Shown: positions 12,053 through 25,100, counted from the stretch's first letter. The stretch: DNA of 64,000 nt from Octopus sinensis (GCF_006345805.1 NC_043005.1:83328001-83392000), one strand, 5' to 3'. Program-made: numbers and translations. The notes: generated by a model not told the origin, from the letters alone.

Positions 12053-15000
12053 AAATGTCACATTTTGCCCAGCATGCTAACGTTTCTGCTAGTTTGCTGC
12101 CTGAATTGCTACAGAGTTTCCTTTTTTGTGCTCATAAAGCATAATGTGCGTCAAATGCTCTTTGGATACTTCCATGTTAGAAAGGGTTTTAATCAAAGAA
12201 ATTTTAATTCTATTATTCTGTAAAATGATATTTAATTAGTTTAAATGTGAACAAATGCATAAAAATAATTTTTAATTCCATTAGACATTCTAAAATAGCA
12301 TTAAATTTCATTCAATTTTAAAAAAGGTAAAATTGGACAGAATTTATGGGATGACCTGATATAATATAAATTTTATCAAATTACTCATAGTGGCAAAAGT
12401 ATACTTCCAAAGTTATCTGTCATATGATATTATCCTTTACTTCTTTCAGTCATTAGACTGTGGCCATGCTGGGGAACCACTTTGAAGAATTTTTAGTCAA
12501 ATGATGTAATATGTTCCCATTCAATAAATAAAGACTACAATTCTATGAAAGACTTAATAAATTTTAAATGTGGAACATAAATCCATTTAAGGTACTTGAC
12601 CTTACAGCTTAATTAAAGAAGTTGACCTTACAGCTGTTTCTGTGTTATCATATTATCTCCAGAAGTCACATGCATTACCACAATGTTCCATGTGTGACCT
12701 CTAAAGATAATACATAGTAACATCAGGCGAGCTTTAAGATCAACAATCTTAATATAATGTGTGTGTGTGTGTTCAGCTATCACAAAAGCTGGTAATAGAT
12801 GTTTAGTTGGTTTCATACATTTTAAAAAGAATTTAAGTTCATCACCATCACCACTATCATTTTATGTCTGCTTTTCTTTGCTGATGTGGATTGAATGAGT
12901 CATCATGGCCCAAGTCAGTTCTTAACCTCCCTTCTAGATGGGTTGAAAACCACACCTCATGTTAATTTTCATATTTTTTTATGGTTGAATGCCCTTTTTA
13001 TCACTAACCATTTCACCAAATGAACTAGATGCATTTTATCATGGCACCAGCACCCAAGTAGTTACCTTGTCCCAGCAAGACTAAGAAGTTTTCTCTTCCC
13101 TATGTTGCTTCTGCTCATTTTCCATCCATGTTACTGTGTTCATCAGGGGAATTTTATCACAGTATAAGCACTAGAGAAGCATTTTTCCTTGGAAAGATTA
13201 AAATGCCATCTCTACCATATGTTATCTTTTTTTATTCATAGTTTTGTTCATGCATTTAGTAGTATCACAGCATTATTTATTTATGGTGGGTTGAAGAGGG
13301 AGTGATGATGAAAGTGTAACCAGAACAAATGGGAAACAGGAGAGAATAATTGAAGTAAATCAGTGATAGATGCTGGATAAAACAGAAGCAGGGGAGAGAG
13401 AGAGAGATGTTTGATAACATAGAGATTGTGTAGAAAACATGATTAGAAGAGGGAATAATAGTGAGGAGAGAGGGTGATACAAGACTGAGTGATATTAAGA
13501 TACAGGGTGATAGAAGAGGGAGTGATAGTGAGGAGGGAAAGTGATAGAAAAGGAGTGTTAATGAAGAGATAGGGTGCAAGAAGAAGGAGTGCTACAATTG
13601 AATGAGTGAGTGATGAGTAATGAATGTCAACAACATGTGATAGAGAAGGAGTCTTGTGAGAGACAAATGTGCTTGGAGAATAAGTATTAAAAGAGAGGTC
13701 ATGGGGAAAGATTGTCATGGCTAGCAGGTTGGGTAAGAGGGACCAAAAACTGACAGATCAAATGTGATGCCAACTCTCATTACACAGGTAGTGTATGTGA
13801 GAGAGATGGCAGATCCAGTTAGGAGGTTAATTGATAGAGTGGTGAATGGTAGATTAGAGAATAAACTTTTAGTTGAATGAATCAACCACTGTGTATATAT
13901 TTTTTGAAGTCTGGTACGTATTCTATTGATCACCTTTGCTGAACCACTAAGTTATGGTGACAAAAACCAACACCGGTTATCAAGCAGTGCTAGTGGACAG
14001 ACACACAGACACACACACTGATTTATATATATATATATATATGAAATGTTATGTTATATATTATATTCATAGTATTTAATGTAATATTGTAATATAAATA
14101 AATCGTTGAATGTCAATAGTATATCTCTATATTTAATTTATCTTTATTATTGAATTATACCAATATTTATACGGTATCCAACTGAAGTACCAGGAAATTG
14201 GATGTTTAACACACCCCATTGAAGGATTTCTTTTCCTCAGTTTGTTTATATATATATATATATATAATACCAAACGGGCTTCTTTCTGTTTCTGTCTACC
14301 AAATCCACTCACAAGGCTTTGGTTGACCCAAGGCTATAGAAGACACTTGCCCAAGGTGTCACACAGTGGGACTGGACCAAGAACTATGTGGCTGGGAAGC
14401 AAAATTCTTACTACACAGCCACACCTGTGCACTTATTGTGAATGCAATCATCAGTAAAGATGCAAATGTGGGTATATTGATACTTAATCCTCAATGCCAC
14501 CACCATCATTATCTTTACATCTTTTTCTATGATTGCATGACATGGACAGATCTCCATCATAGCATTTCACCACAAGTTGTGGTTCTTTTATCATTTCCTT
14601 TGTTGTATTCAGCCTCTCACTTTGACCCCATATCTTCCTTGGTCTTTGATCTCCCTTTTCTGTAGGCTCCATCCATTTGAAGCAATCAGTACTTTTTTAT
14701 ACTGCTGATAGGGTAGAAATAATTGCTGAAGGCCTATTGTACAACTTTATACAACTGGCTATATACAAATGTGTTTTGAAGACTGCTCATATCAGCAGTC
14801 GTCGTTGTTGTAACACTACATGCAGTTCCTCTTATATCTAACTTATCTCTCAGTTTGTTTGTTTTTTTATGTCAATCATTCACACAAACGTTACACATCC
14901 TGTAGTGCAGGCTATCCTTATTTCTTTGCAGCCTTCAGAAATCCTTTTCTATTCAATATCTGTGTTTTATTATCACATTACATCGTACTTTATTACACAA

Positions 15001-15312
15001 ACATTGTACATAGAAGACACAAAAAATTCTTGCCGGCAGAGGTAATAAATAGTTCCCAGAACTGTTTTCTTGATTTTCTGTTTCGTCATACCGTTTATTT
15101 CTAAGAAGCCACACTCTTCTGTTGTTAAGTCTTCAAATTAATATAAAAGCTGTCAGCTTTTTGTGGTGCAGTGGGAGACAATTTCTGAGCAATTGCATGT
15201 ACTTCACTTATATTTAAACTGCTAACTAAACTAATTCCTGTACATCTTCCTTCCACACATATAGTTTGCTTTCTCTGTCAGTCTGCCTGTGGTCCTACTA
15301 CATCTCTTGCGC

Positions 15313-15320
15313 TATAAATA
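15313..15320 (+). promoter_or_regulatory. Candidate TATA box of the PLAC8-like gene
   Basis: TATAAATA about 245 bp upstream of the ATG, in CpG-retaining unique sequence. Confidence 0.4.
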
Positions 15321-15557
15321 ACAAACCATGCACCAACCCAACCTGATCTTCGTTATCATAAGCACGCCTAAGTACTGTTTCTAGATTAAATCAGATTCCA
15401 TTACAGGATGTTATAAACAAAAGTATTGTTCAGTGTCGAAGTCCAAAAGTCTGCTTTAATATTTAATATAATATAGCGTAAACGAGCTTCCAAAACAGAA
15501 AGACACCAGTCGAATAACTCAGTACTCTGGCGGATTAAGCGAGTATTTGCTCCAGAC

Positions 15558-15881
15558 ATGGATTCGTGGAATCATTCAATATTTAGCTGTTTCAGTAACT
15601 TAGGTCTCTGTATTGTTACTTATTTCGCTCCTTGTTATACGTTCGGTAAAAACGCCGAAGCGGTTGGTGAAGGCTGTTGTTTCTGTGGTTGCATGTATCT
15701 CGTGCCTGGAGTGAATTATTTTGCTATGACACAAGTTCGTGGAATGATTCGGAGTTCACGCAACATTGCTGGTTCCATTTGCGAAGATCTTTTATTGGTA
15801 TTATTTTGTCCTTTCTGTGCTCTCATTCAGGAAGCGAAAGAAATTCGTGGTTATGATTCTCTAGATATGGTCCGCGCTTAA
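15558..15881 (+). CDS. PLAC8/cornifelin family (DUF614) Cys-rich protein, 107 aa, single coding exon
   Basis: Family layout: W..SIFSCF.N...C...YFAPCYTFGKNAE, a Cys-rich segment, then RGMIR..RNI.GS.CED.L...FCPFCALIQE. The ORF is intact from ATG to TAA. Confidence 0.92.
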   Translation: MDSWNHSIFSCFSNLGLCIVTYFAPCYTFGKNAEAVGEGCCFCGCMYLVPGVNYFAMTQVRGMIRSSRNIAGSICEDLLLVLFCPFCALIQEAKEIRGYDSLDMVRA

Positions 15882-16685
15882 AACTGACATTATAATTAAA
15901 CCATATCAAAAGCAATACGAGGAATGGAAGTTTTAAAAATAGTAAGAAAATTTCCTGTGGACTACCTACGTACCTATAACTCTTACCGAAGAAGGAATTC
16001 ATTTGCACCATTACTTTTAACAAATATGTATTGGCCTTTTTTTTTTCCCGGATTCTTTGACTCAATTCTGTGAAACTAGTCGTCATCCAACCTAACCAGA
16101 ATGCATACTTTAAATATTTTAAAGCAAATGTTATATGTATGTTTCTCTCTCATCATCTATAAAATAGAGATACCTACCCACAGGTACGTTAAAACGGCAA
16201 TTATTGGCTGAAGTACATTCATTTCCTGGATTATCTATAAAGTATTTTTATACACAATTCAATTTATCATACACATTTTAAAGCTTTAAAAACTTTAGAT
16301 CTAGCTTACGAAGTCTACCTTGTGTTGTTTGAATATATTTATCTACACATATATACGTATGGCGAAGCCCATTGAACTTCTCAGTTACGATACTAACATA
16401 TCATAAACAATATAAATTTAACATAAAATTTACAAGTTGAATTTGATCATGAATTTTCTTACTTTTCTCTGTCACACACGACGTGTGTTTCTGATTTTTT
16501 CTTTCATCTACTCTTTTTATTTGCTTATTTTTCTTTTAAATTATAATTGTATCTATTACAGGCACAAGGTCTGAAATAGGAGTGAAGTGTTAGTTCTTGA
16601 CAGGTACTTAATTTTATCGACGAAGAGATAAAACCGAAGATATACGGCTTCACATGCAGTTAAAGAAAGATATGAAAGTGAAGTG

Positions 16686-17175
16686 CCGTAAATCCTCGAG
16701 TATAATCCGCACTTTTTTCTAAAATTTAAAGGTCAAAATCCCTAGTGCGTACCATATACGAGGTTAAAAATGAAAGATATTTTCTAAGCAATGTCCTAGT
16801 CTGTCCGGCAATGTTTATTCAGACGCATTTTGTGATGTCTGGCGTGAAATTACCCTAAGCTAAGCCTGAAAGCAATGAAGTCATAAAAGAATCATCCATA
16901 ACTTGCAGTAAGCAACATTTATTAAAATAAAAGTATTCAGAACACAGAATAACATGTAACAAAAACAATTTGCAAACATATTTACATTCCCATATAACAG
17001 TTAAGAACATCACAATTATTGTATTACGCATGCGCGGAAGTATTTGTTCGACTAGGTGCTGCTGGCTTAATTACGCACGACTTAAGTTAGAGAAGGGGTG
17101 CGTATTATACACAAGGTTTAGGTTTTTCAGAAGCACAGCCTCCTAAAAAATCCCCTGCATATTATACTCAAGGGT
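16686..17175. mobile_element. Second copy of the 9067-9588 MITE, right TIR missing
   Basis: Colinear with 9067-9588 from ccgtaaatcctcgagtata to attatactcaagggt; the last ~20 nt are absent. Confidence 0.9.
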
Positions 17176-17887
17176 AAACAATTTCTATAACATAACCAAC
17201 GTGAATCAGCAGGAACCGCGCCACCGCTTCCCGTCGGTTCTTTTGTGTATAGCTCAGGAGTCGTACAAGAGTATTACATTGCTCACATGTAACTGCATTA
17301 GCTATCATGCATCAAAACGCAAGCCACAAAATTTCCTTCTGGGGGCATTCGTTACCAGTTGTGGTGCATGTACGTTAACTACTATTTCTGAAATACTTAA
17401 GATATCACTAGAAGATACTATACAAGTGAATGCATATGGACGTGACATAATAAAGGAGTCTTGCAAATAAAGTTAAGGGATTTTACCAGTTCTCTTTACG
17501 AAAGTATGGGATGTGATTGTCATTTCTGATCAATTTACATTCGTTTATTTAAACCCCTAAACTGCATGTTAACTACCATCGATCCCAGAACTTGACTGGT
17601 ACTTTATTTTATTGATTCCAAAAGGATGAAAGTCAAAGTCGATCTTGGGGAGATTTGAACGCAAGATTTAATTGAGCCGGAATGGTCAGTCGTTCATTGT
17701 GATCGCGTTAGAAAACAAATTAAGTCAAAAACTGTTGACTTGATAAGGGAAAGAGATATTGTTAAACATCCTTTATTGTATAAAACATTTAAAAAAGATA
17801 GACTTTGGAATAATATTTAATTTTCTGTGTTAGCAGCCATTAGAAATATATAATCCAGAAATTGATTAATGTTCATAAGACTTTGTT

Positions 17888-18162
17888 TATTCTGTTGTGT
17901 CTGGGGAAAGTCATTTTCTTTTTGTGCCTTATAATTTAACACATTCACCGGTAAAATTTCCACTTATTTCTTATTTTTATTTTCCTAAAATCTTCGTTGC
18001 GTCTTGCAACCTTTTCAATAGTCTTGACTCAAGACTATCGAAAAGGTTGCAAGATGCAATGAAAATTTTAGGAAAATAAGGAATAAGTGGAAATTTTACA
18101 GGTGGGTGTGTTAAATTATAAGGCACAAAAAGAAAATGACTCTTCCCAGACACAACAGAATA
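17888..18162. repeat. 275-bp near-perfect palindrome (foldback/MITE-like)
   Basis: Arms 17888-18026 and 18030-18162 are reverse complements with a 3-nt loop (agtcttg-act-caagact), one 6-nt indel and scattered mismatches. Confidence 0.92.
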
Positions 18163-18839
18163 TGCTTCAACACACGAACTCACATAAAGAATCTTGTGAA
18201 CCAAATCCCAAAACGAAATACTTTGTTTATTGTTAGAACAATAAACTGGTGTGAGAAAGGTGAATAATGACAGTGAAAATGTTTTGCGGTCTTTACTTCG
18301 ACCCTGTATGTCCTTAGTTCAAATCTAGTTGGGCTGCTTGAAAAACTATAGTGGGAAATATAATTAACGAGAGTTGTTCTCATCCGTGACCTAGTGCCAA
18401 CGTTAGAACATTATTAGAATAGCAGGAGTTCAAATCCCACTGAAATTAACTTTGCCTTTCATCTGTCATTTTTAGGGGGGTTTTTTTTTCAAATATTTTT
18501 TAAACTTATGTATTTTATATCCAAGAAACTCATGTTACAACAATAATAATAATAATCCTTTTTACTGAAATATGGGATGGGGAGGATAAGTCGATTACAT
18601 TAACTCCGGTGCTCAATTGGTACTCATCTTATCAACCCCCAAAAGATGAAAGGCAAAATTTACCTCAGCGGAATTTGAAGTCAGAACTCTAAGACGGATG
18701 ATATGCCGCTAAGAATTTCTCCTGGCATGCTAATGATTCTCCCAGCTTGTTGCCTTAATGGTGATAATGGTGATTAATAATGATAATAATTATACACTTC
18801 TGTTCCTACCCTTCCCACAGTCATCATGATGACAGAATG

Positions 18840-19910
18840 TGTCACCCTCAGACATTTACTGTTTCAGACCTACCACCTCCAATATCCACTAGCTATTGTC
18901 TGTCATACCTGCAAACAAATACTTTCATTCCCTTGAGAATACATACAGTGTTCAGGTCTGCCTATGGGGTCCAGCCTCTGAGGACTGCTTGCTATTACTT
19001 AGACCGGTCTAACATACCTGACTTCACCAGGTTTGTTGATGAATCTCCATGCTCACTTCATCCCATGATACCTCCACAATACTAGAAACCTTCAATGATA
19101 TGGACCAGCACATCAATTTTACCATCAAACACATCCAAACACTGATGGTTCCCTCTCCTTGCTTAACTTTTGTTTAAGCATCACAGATGAGAGCAAATGA
19201 CTTGGTGTTCTACTGAAAGGCAGTCTGCCAAGATCTCTTCTTCCATTCCAAGTCAGCCCACCCCATCAGAGCTGAAGCCAGCTTCATACAAAATGAGATC
19301 ACCCATATACACAACAGATGCAGTGACAGTGCCAGCCGGGGGACACAGGTTGCATGGTTCCTCAAGATACTTGGAATCAACAAGCACCCTACATAGATAC
19401 AAACCAAATAAACATGGCAAGAGGATTCTCTCTGGAACCTGCTTCCTGAGGATTCTCCATTTTAATGAGGGGACCATCTGCAAGACCTTGATATCCTGCT
19501 AGTCCACTCAGGATTGTCCCTGCATAGACACCTGCCGACGAGGAGATCACGTGTGGAATAACAGCCCTGTGCACTGGTAAACTATTCTATCCATGAAACA
19601 AGCAAGTCTATGAAAACATACGTGATGTACCAGACACAGTGACTTAAATGTGACGACTATTAAATTAGTAATACAGTCTAACTGTTCTGCATCCAACTGA
19701 AGGAACACCTGACAACCAATGCATCTTCTTTCCACAAATACTTAAACAAAGGCAGTAACACCACCAAAGAGGTAGACACTTCTATACTGCCAATGAAAAG
19801 GAATATATGAAATGACCATATCAAAGAAACCTTATTGATCCAATGACTTAACCTGAAGATCAATAGTTGATCAGAGTAGGACTGGTGGCTCCTGTAAATT
19901 ACCAACTGCC
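18840..19910 (+). mobile_element. Degenerate Penelope-like retroelement remnant (RT and GIY-YIG region)
   Basis: Fragmentary translations suggest a PLE RT (..MGSSL..) and a downstream Cys-containing GIY-YIG-like segment. Heavily decayed. Confidence 0.4.
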
Positions 19911-20764
19911 CCTTACACCATGGTAACCACAACCAGCATCTTCATTACTGATGGTGATTGGTGCTATTACCTACAAGTACCATGTTTGCCGTCGCCACAG
20001 CTACCACCACCACCATTGCCTGCTATGATGAGAACTGTTGCTCTTGGCAGCCATCACCTTGTCAACAACTTCTACAATGAATATACCACCAACTACTACC
20101 ACATTACTATGACCACTGACTACTACCATGGCATTCACCACCATTGTCCCCAGTGTTACCTCTATGGCACCAATAAGACCACTATTTGGGGAGCTGCTGC
20201 TACTTCCACAAGCACCTAACTAAAACAGGGTCACTGCTCATCTAGCTATCCAAATGGCAGAATCTATGTAGTTCCATTTCTTTGACTTTACTCTTCTGAA
20301 GATGAACCTTTGTGCCCAAAATATACAAAGGCTTTTCATCTTTCATCTCTGCACTTTTAGAAGCTTTCCTCATTTCATTCACTATTCTATTTCTGTACTA
20401 CAATGCTTCAAGCAAACTACAATGCTCTTCATAGGTGTAGCTGTGTGGTAAGAAGTTTGCTTCCCAACCACATAGTCCTGGTTTCAGTGCCACTGCATGG
20501 TACCTTGGGTTAGTATCCTCTACTTTAACCTCAGGCCAACCAAAGCCTTGTAAGTAGATCTGGTAGATGGAAACAGAAAGAAGCCCATCATCTATATATG
20601 TGTGTGTTTGTTTGTCTTAGTGGTTTGACAAAAAAATGCAGATAGCGTAAGTTCCGGGTTTAAAAAGAAAATAATTACTAGGATCGATTGATTCAACTCT
20701 AATTCCTCAAAGCAGTGTCCCAGCATGGCTGCAGTCTAATGACTGAGATAAGTAAAAAAAGATA

Positions 20765-21322
20765 TATGACCAGCAACCGAGACCTTTGGAAATATGCTGT
20801 ACGTGAGAAGACCAGGCAGGTCAAGTGAGCCCAGCCCACTTATGCATGCCTTTCCTCCCTTGGATACAAAGACCTGCAAGCGAAGTCGATATAGAACCTC
20901 ATCCGACGACAGGCACCCATGCCAACCCCCTTTGCTTGCGAAGACATGTTGGGGCAAGCGAAATCGAAATCGAATTGAACCAGCCAGGATCCCTGGTCTG
21001 GTGGTACGTAAAAAGCACTATCCGACTTGTGGCCGATGCCAGCGCCGCCTCGACTGGCCTCCGTGCCGGTGGCACATAAAATACACCAATCCGACCGTGG
21101 CCGTTGCCAGCCTCGCCTGGCACCTGTGCAGGTGGCACGTAAAAAGCACCCACTACACTCACGGAGTGGTTGGCGTTAGGAAGGGCATCCAGCTGTAAAA
21201 ACATTGCCAGATAAAACTGGAGCCTGGTGCAGCCTTCTGGCTTCCCAGATCCCCGGGCGAACCGTCCAACCCATGCTAGCATGGAGAACGGACGTTAAAC
21301 GATGGTGATGATGATGATGATT
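20765..21322 (+). mobile_element. RTE LINE 3' end: last ORF codons plus complete 3'UTR and (GAT)n tail
   Basis: MTSNRDLWKYAVREKTRQVK* runs directly into the abundant aaaaagcacc-repeat UTR. A similar C-terminus (RDLWQYVVLEKTYQD) occurs at ~61.0 kb. Confidence 0.85.
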
Positions 21323-21854
21323 CTTTTTATGAAGCTAGCATAATTTTAAAAAATTAAGTTGGCATTAGGAAGGGTATCCAACCATGGAAACCATGCCAAA
21401 GCTGGCATTGGAACATGATGCAATCATCAAATTTGTTTTAGATTCTGTCAAACTGTCCAACCCATGCCAGCATGGAACATGGATGTTAATTAGTGGTGGT
21501 GGTGGTTTTGCCAGTGGTAATGACTACAAAAGCCCACAGAAACTCCAATGGTTTCACTTGTTCCTTCCAAAAATATAATGCTTTTATACATACATGGTCA
21601 ATCAATTAAACAGGCTTATTCAATTAATATGGTTCCTTTCTACAATATAATTATTTTTATCATGTGAGATGAGCCAAGTACTGGAATCAATATAATTTAG
21701 CAATTAAACAAAATAAATATTTTCTTCATTAATAATTATCTTTGAAATTAAAATACACATAAGAACATTTCTGAAAACAACTTATTCGATTTTGTTGTAC
21801 CTTAGGAGGGTCATTGTGATACTAATAAACACATATGCAGGTTATATTTCACTT

Positions 21855-22130
21855 CTTTATTGTTTTTATTTTTTGTCAATTGGTAACTATTTAACCAATT
21901 AACTATTTGGTTGTTTGATTAATCATTCAGTTAATTAATCAATCAGTTAGGTTCGTCAGCATTTTTTATTGCCATTTACAACCTCAGAGAGGGCTTTTAT
22001 TAATATTATGATGAAAGAACACTAACAAACCTAACTTGAGTGATTAACTGGTTGATTAATCAAACAATCAGTTAATTAAGCAAATTTACTAATTTACCCA
22101 TTAAGTTTGATTGACAAATATACAATAAAG
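21855..22130. mobile_element. AT-rich MITE-like inverted repeat
   Basis: gttgtttgattaatcattcagttaattaatcaatcagttaggtt is mirrored by aacctaacttgagtgattaactggttgattaatcaaacaatc; outer tttgtcaat and attgacaaa also match. Confidence 0.55.
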
Positions 22131-25100
22131 GAGACAGAACTAGTGTGTCGGCATAATGACTGCCCCTAGATAGAACAAATTATGTTTCAACGCATGAGTT
22201 CACGTCTGTTTGTAAATAAAATTATGTTTTCTGACTTAAATATCTTATTTGATATTGTTCCTTTCATATAAATATAAACTTTCTCTTCTATTCTGCTCCT
22301 TGTTATCAAAGATTTTTTAGGCCCTTAGTCTTCACTCATGCTGGTGCCACAGAAAAAAGCAATAGTTTACACTCTAAGAAGGGCATCCAGCCATATAAAT
22401 CCTGCCAAAGTAGACGTTAGAACATGATGCAGTCCTCTAACTCATCAGAAACTGTCAAGTCATCATACCCAAGCCAGCATGGAGGCCAGATTTTGAACAA
22501 TAATGAGTTTTGTTCTTTTGAATGAAGTTTATGAAGCATGGAAGGTACTAATGTATCGATGCATAAATATTGTTTGAGGTAATGAATTGGCACAATCATT
22601 AGAGCTTTCCAAAAATACCTTGTTGTTGACATTCTAAGTACAAATTCCTTTGAGGTCAAAATATATATTTGTTGCGTAAATTTCTTCCTCCAAATAAAAT
22701 TTCTGGAGCATGACACTAAAGGTACGTAGGTACTGTTGTATTAATATATTTATGTATATATAATGAAGGTACTATGGCTATGTTGTCAGAATGTTGCAGG
22801 AAAGGACTTCACGATGAATTCCCCAAACTGAGAATAAGAGTAAAATGATACCCAAATCTCAAATGCTTCACATAGGACCTTATAGAGCGGGTGCCTGAGA
22901 AATCTACTCCCATGAGCCTCCCGTGAATAGTGGATGGCAAGAATGGATGGATGGACTGAAAGCAATGATGTGAGAGAGAAAGCAAATATGACCCTGGCAA
23001 GATTTGAACTCTGAACGTAAAGGGACATACATAATTACATACAACATTCTGTCAGGCTCTCCTTTATTTCTGCTACTCTACTATTTGTTTGGCATAGAGT
23101 CCATTGTTGCTTTTCTAGTTTATCACCTGGTCACACTTGATTGAAAATACTTTTTTTATATATCAGGAGACTACACTGTCTAATAGATCCATCTATTTTT
23201 ATATTATTTTTAATAATGCTGAGGATATGGCTGTTATTTCTTGCATGTCTGGTCATAGGGAACAATTTACCTTATTTGGAAACAAGTTAGGGCTGACAAC
23301 AGAAATCATTAGGACATTAAAATAATGACAATGGAGAGGAGGAGGCATAAATAAACAATATTATGTATATTATAGATAATATAAAAGTATATTCTATACT
23401 TTTGTAAGGTGGCGAGCTGACAGAATTGTTAACTTAGTCAAAATTCCTAGTTGTATTTCTCCTGATTTATTATACTCTGGATTTGTATTCCACCAGGGTC
23501 AACTTTGCCTTTCATCCCTAAGGGTTGACAAAATAAATACAAATCAAGGACTGGTCAATGTAATCAACTGAGCCCCTGCCCCCTCAATATTGCTGTCCTT
23601 GTACCAAAATTACAACGAATATATATTTTTATCTTTGTCTGATAAAGCAACACATGATAAGTCTATTGTCAAGCAACAGATGTCTGTCCTATAATGTTGG
23701 AATATTCTTTGGTTCATTTTCTGTTGTTGCTGTTACAATTGATCATGTGTAACCCATTCGAAGTGAATGTTTTGTAATCTATGTCTATAGATAACATTTG
23801 CTGACATTTAATTCTGGTTTTTAACTTCCATCATGTCAATTATTGATAATTAACATGACTCCCATCCCTATTACACAGAGATAGGAACAAATAGACATGA
23901 AACTCATAAATCCAACTTCTCTGCTCCTTTTTTAAGCTCTTATTTTTTCTGCACTACCCAGCAAGCCTAATATCCACTTTTTACCCCTTAGCTGTCAATC
24001 TGGTCGTATCAAGCCCATATATTCTACCTGTTTTATGCTAAAACTGACCATTTGTACCTTCTATTCCCATACCCACTCTATGTTTGGTATTTCCCGCTCC
24101 TTGCCTCCTTACCCTAGTGTTCATTATGTTGGGTTTCATCCCCATGTCCCTAAATATGTCCCTATACTTTCCCATCTTAGCTCCTATCCCATTCATTGAT
24201 TCTTGAACTGCTTTTTCCCTTGACTGCCATTATTAGTTCTTCCTTTATTTTCATATTTAACCCCATTTAGATCTGCTGTTATATTACCCTGCAAGTATTC
24301 TATTTTAACCTTATAATCTGCTCTGGCTAGTGCTCAGTTGTAGTATTCTGTGTGCTCATAAAATATCAGTTCATCAGAGAATATTCTAGATTGGACACAC
24401 TTTTTATAATGCTCCTAAGTTTTGATTCCGGGTGATCGATCTTTTACAGTAGCCTAGGGCCAAATAAAGCCAAGCAAATTTGGTAAACTGAAATTCAAAG
24501 AAACCCATCATGTGTGTGTGTGTCTTTGTGTGTGTGTGTATGTGTCTTTGTGTGTATGTGTGTGTGTGTGTGCCTTTGTGGTTATGTTTGTTCTCCACCA
24601 CTGCTAGACATGGTTTAGCAAAAATTGATAAAATAAGTACTAGGTTTAAAAAAAAAGTGCTGCAGTCAATACATTCGACTAAAAATTCTTCTAGGCAGTG
24701 CTCCAGCATGGCTACAGACTAATGACTGAAACAAATAAAAGAAAAACTATAAAAGAAATAAGAGTTACATTCGACAGAGTAATCTGAATGCTAAAGGCTT
24801 AAAACTGAGATTCTGCATGTGTTAGAATTTATAATTCTCATCATTTTTGATGTGTGAGATCTAACAATTTCTTATGACCTGGTCCTGTTTAGAGTTTTGA
24901 AACGTTGCCCACTTTTTCAAGCAAGTTATAGTGTTTGACTTGACTAAATGCAGCACAAAAAAGCTGCCATACTGGTCTAAGAGCTATCCATAAATTAAAC
25001 AAACAATTGTGATGTTTACTTCTGTTCATTGTCCTTTCTCTCACTAGCAAGATAATATTACCAGCATGTACAACATTAGTTTCTATAGGAATGTTATATT

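Noticed and set aside
13147-13250. Open frame EFYHSISTREAFFLGKIKMPSLPY after a pyrimidine-rich acceptor
   Set aside because: No good donor and no homology; too weak to call, though worth checking if the micro-exon gene proves real.
14480-14760. Strong-looking acceptor cccttttctgtag at ~14665
   Set aside because: It lies in what appears to be a decayed antisense RTE fragment, and two of three frames close quickly.
20990-21160. Regularly spaced ~25-nt direct repeats with spacers, superficially CRISPR-like
   Set aside because: They are internal repeats of the RTE 3'UTR. The spacers are shared between copies, there are no cas genes, and the context is eukaryotic.
21806-23292. Additional micro-exon-like AG..GT segments (21806-21840 on plus; ~22625-22640 and 23271-23292 on minus)
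   Set aside because: Weak donors or no phase-compatible partner exons; such segments are expected by chance in AT-rich DNA.
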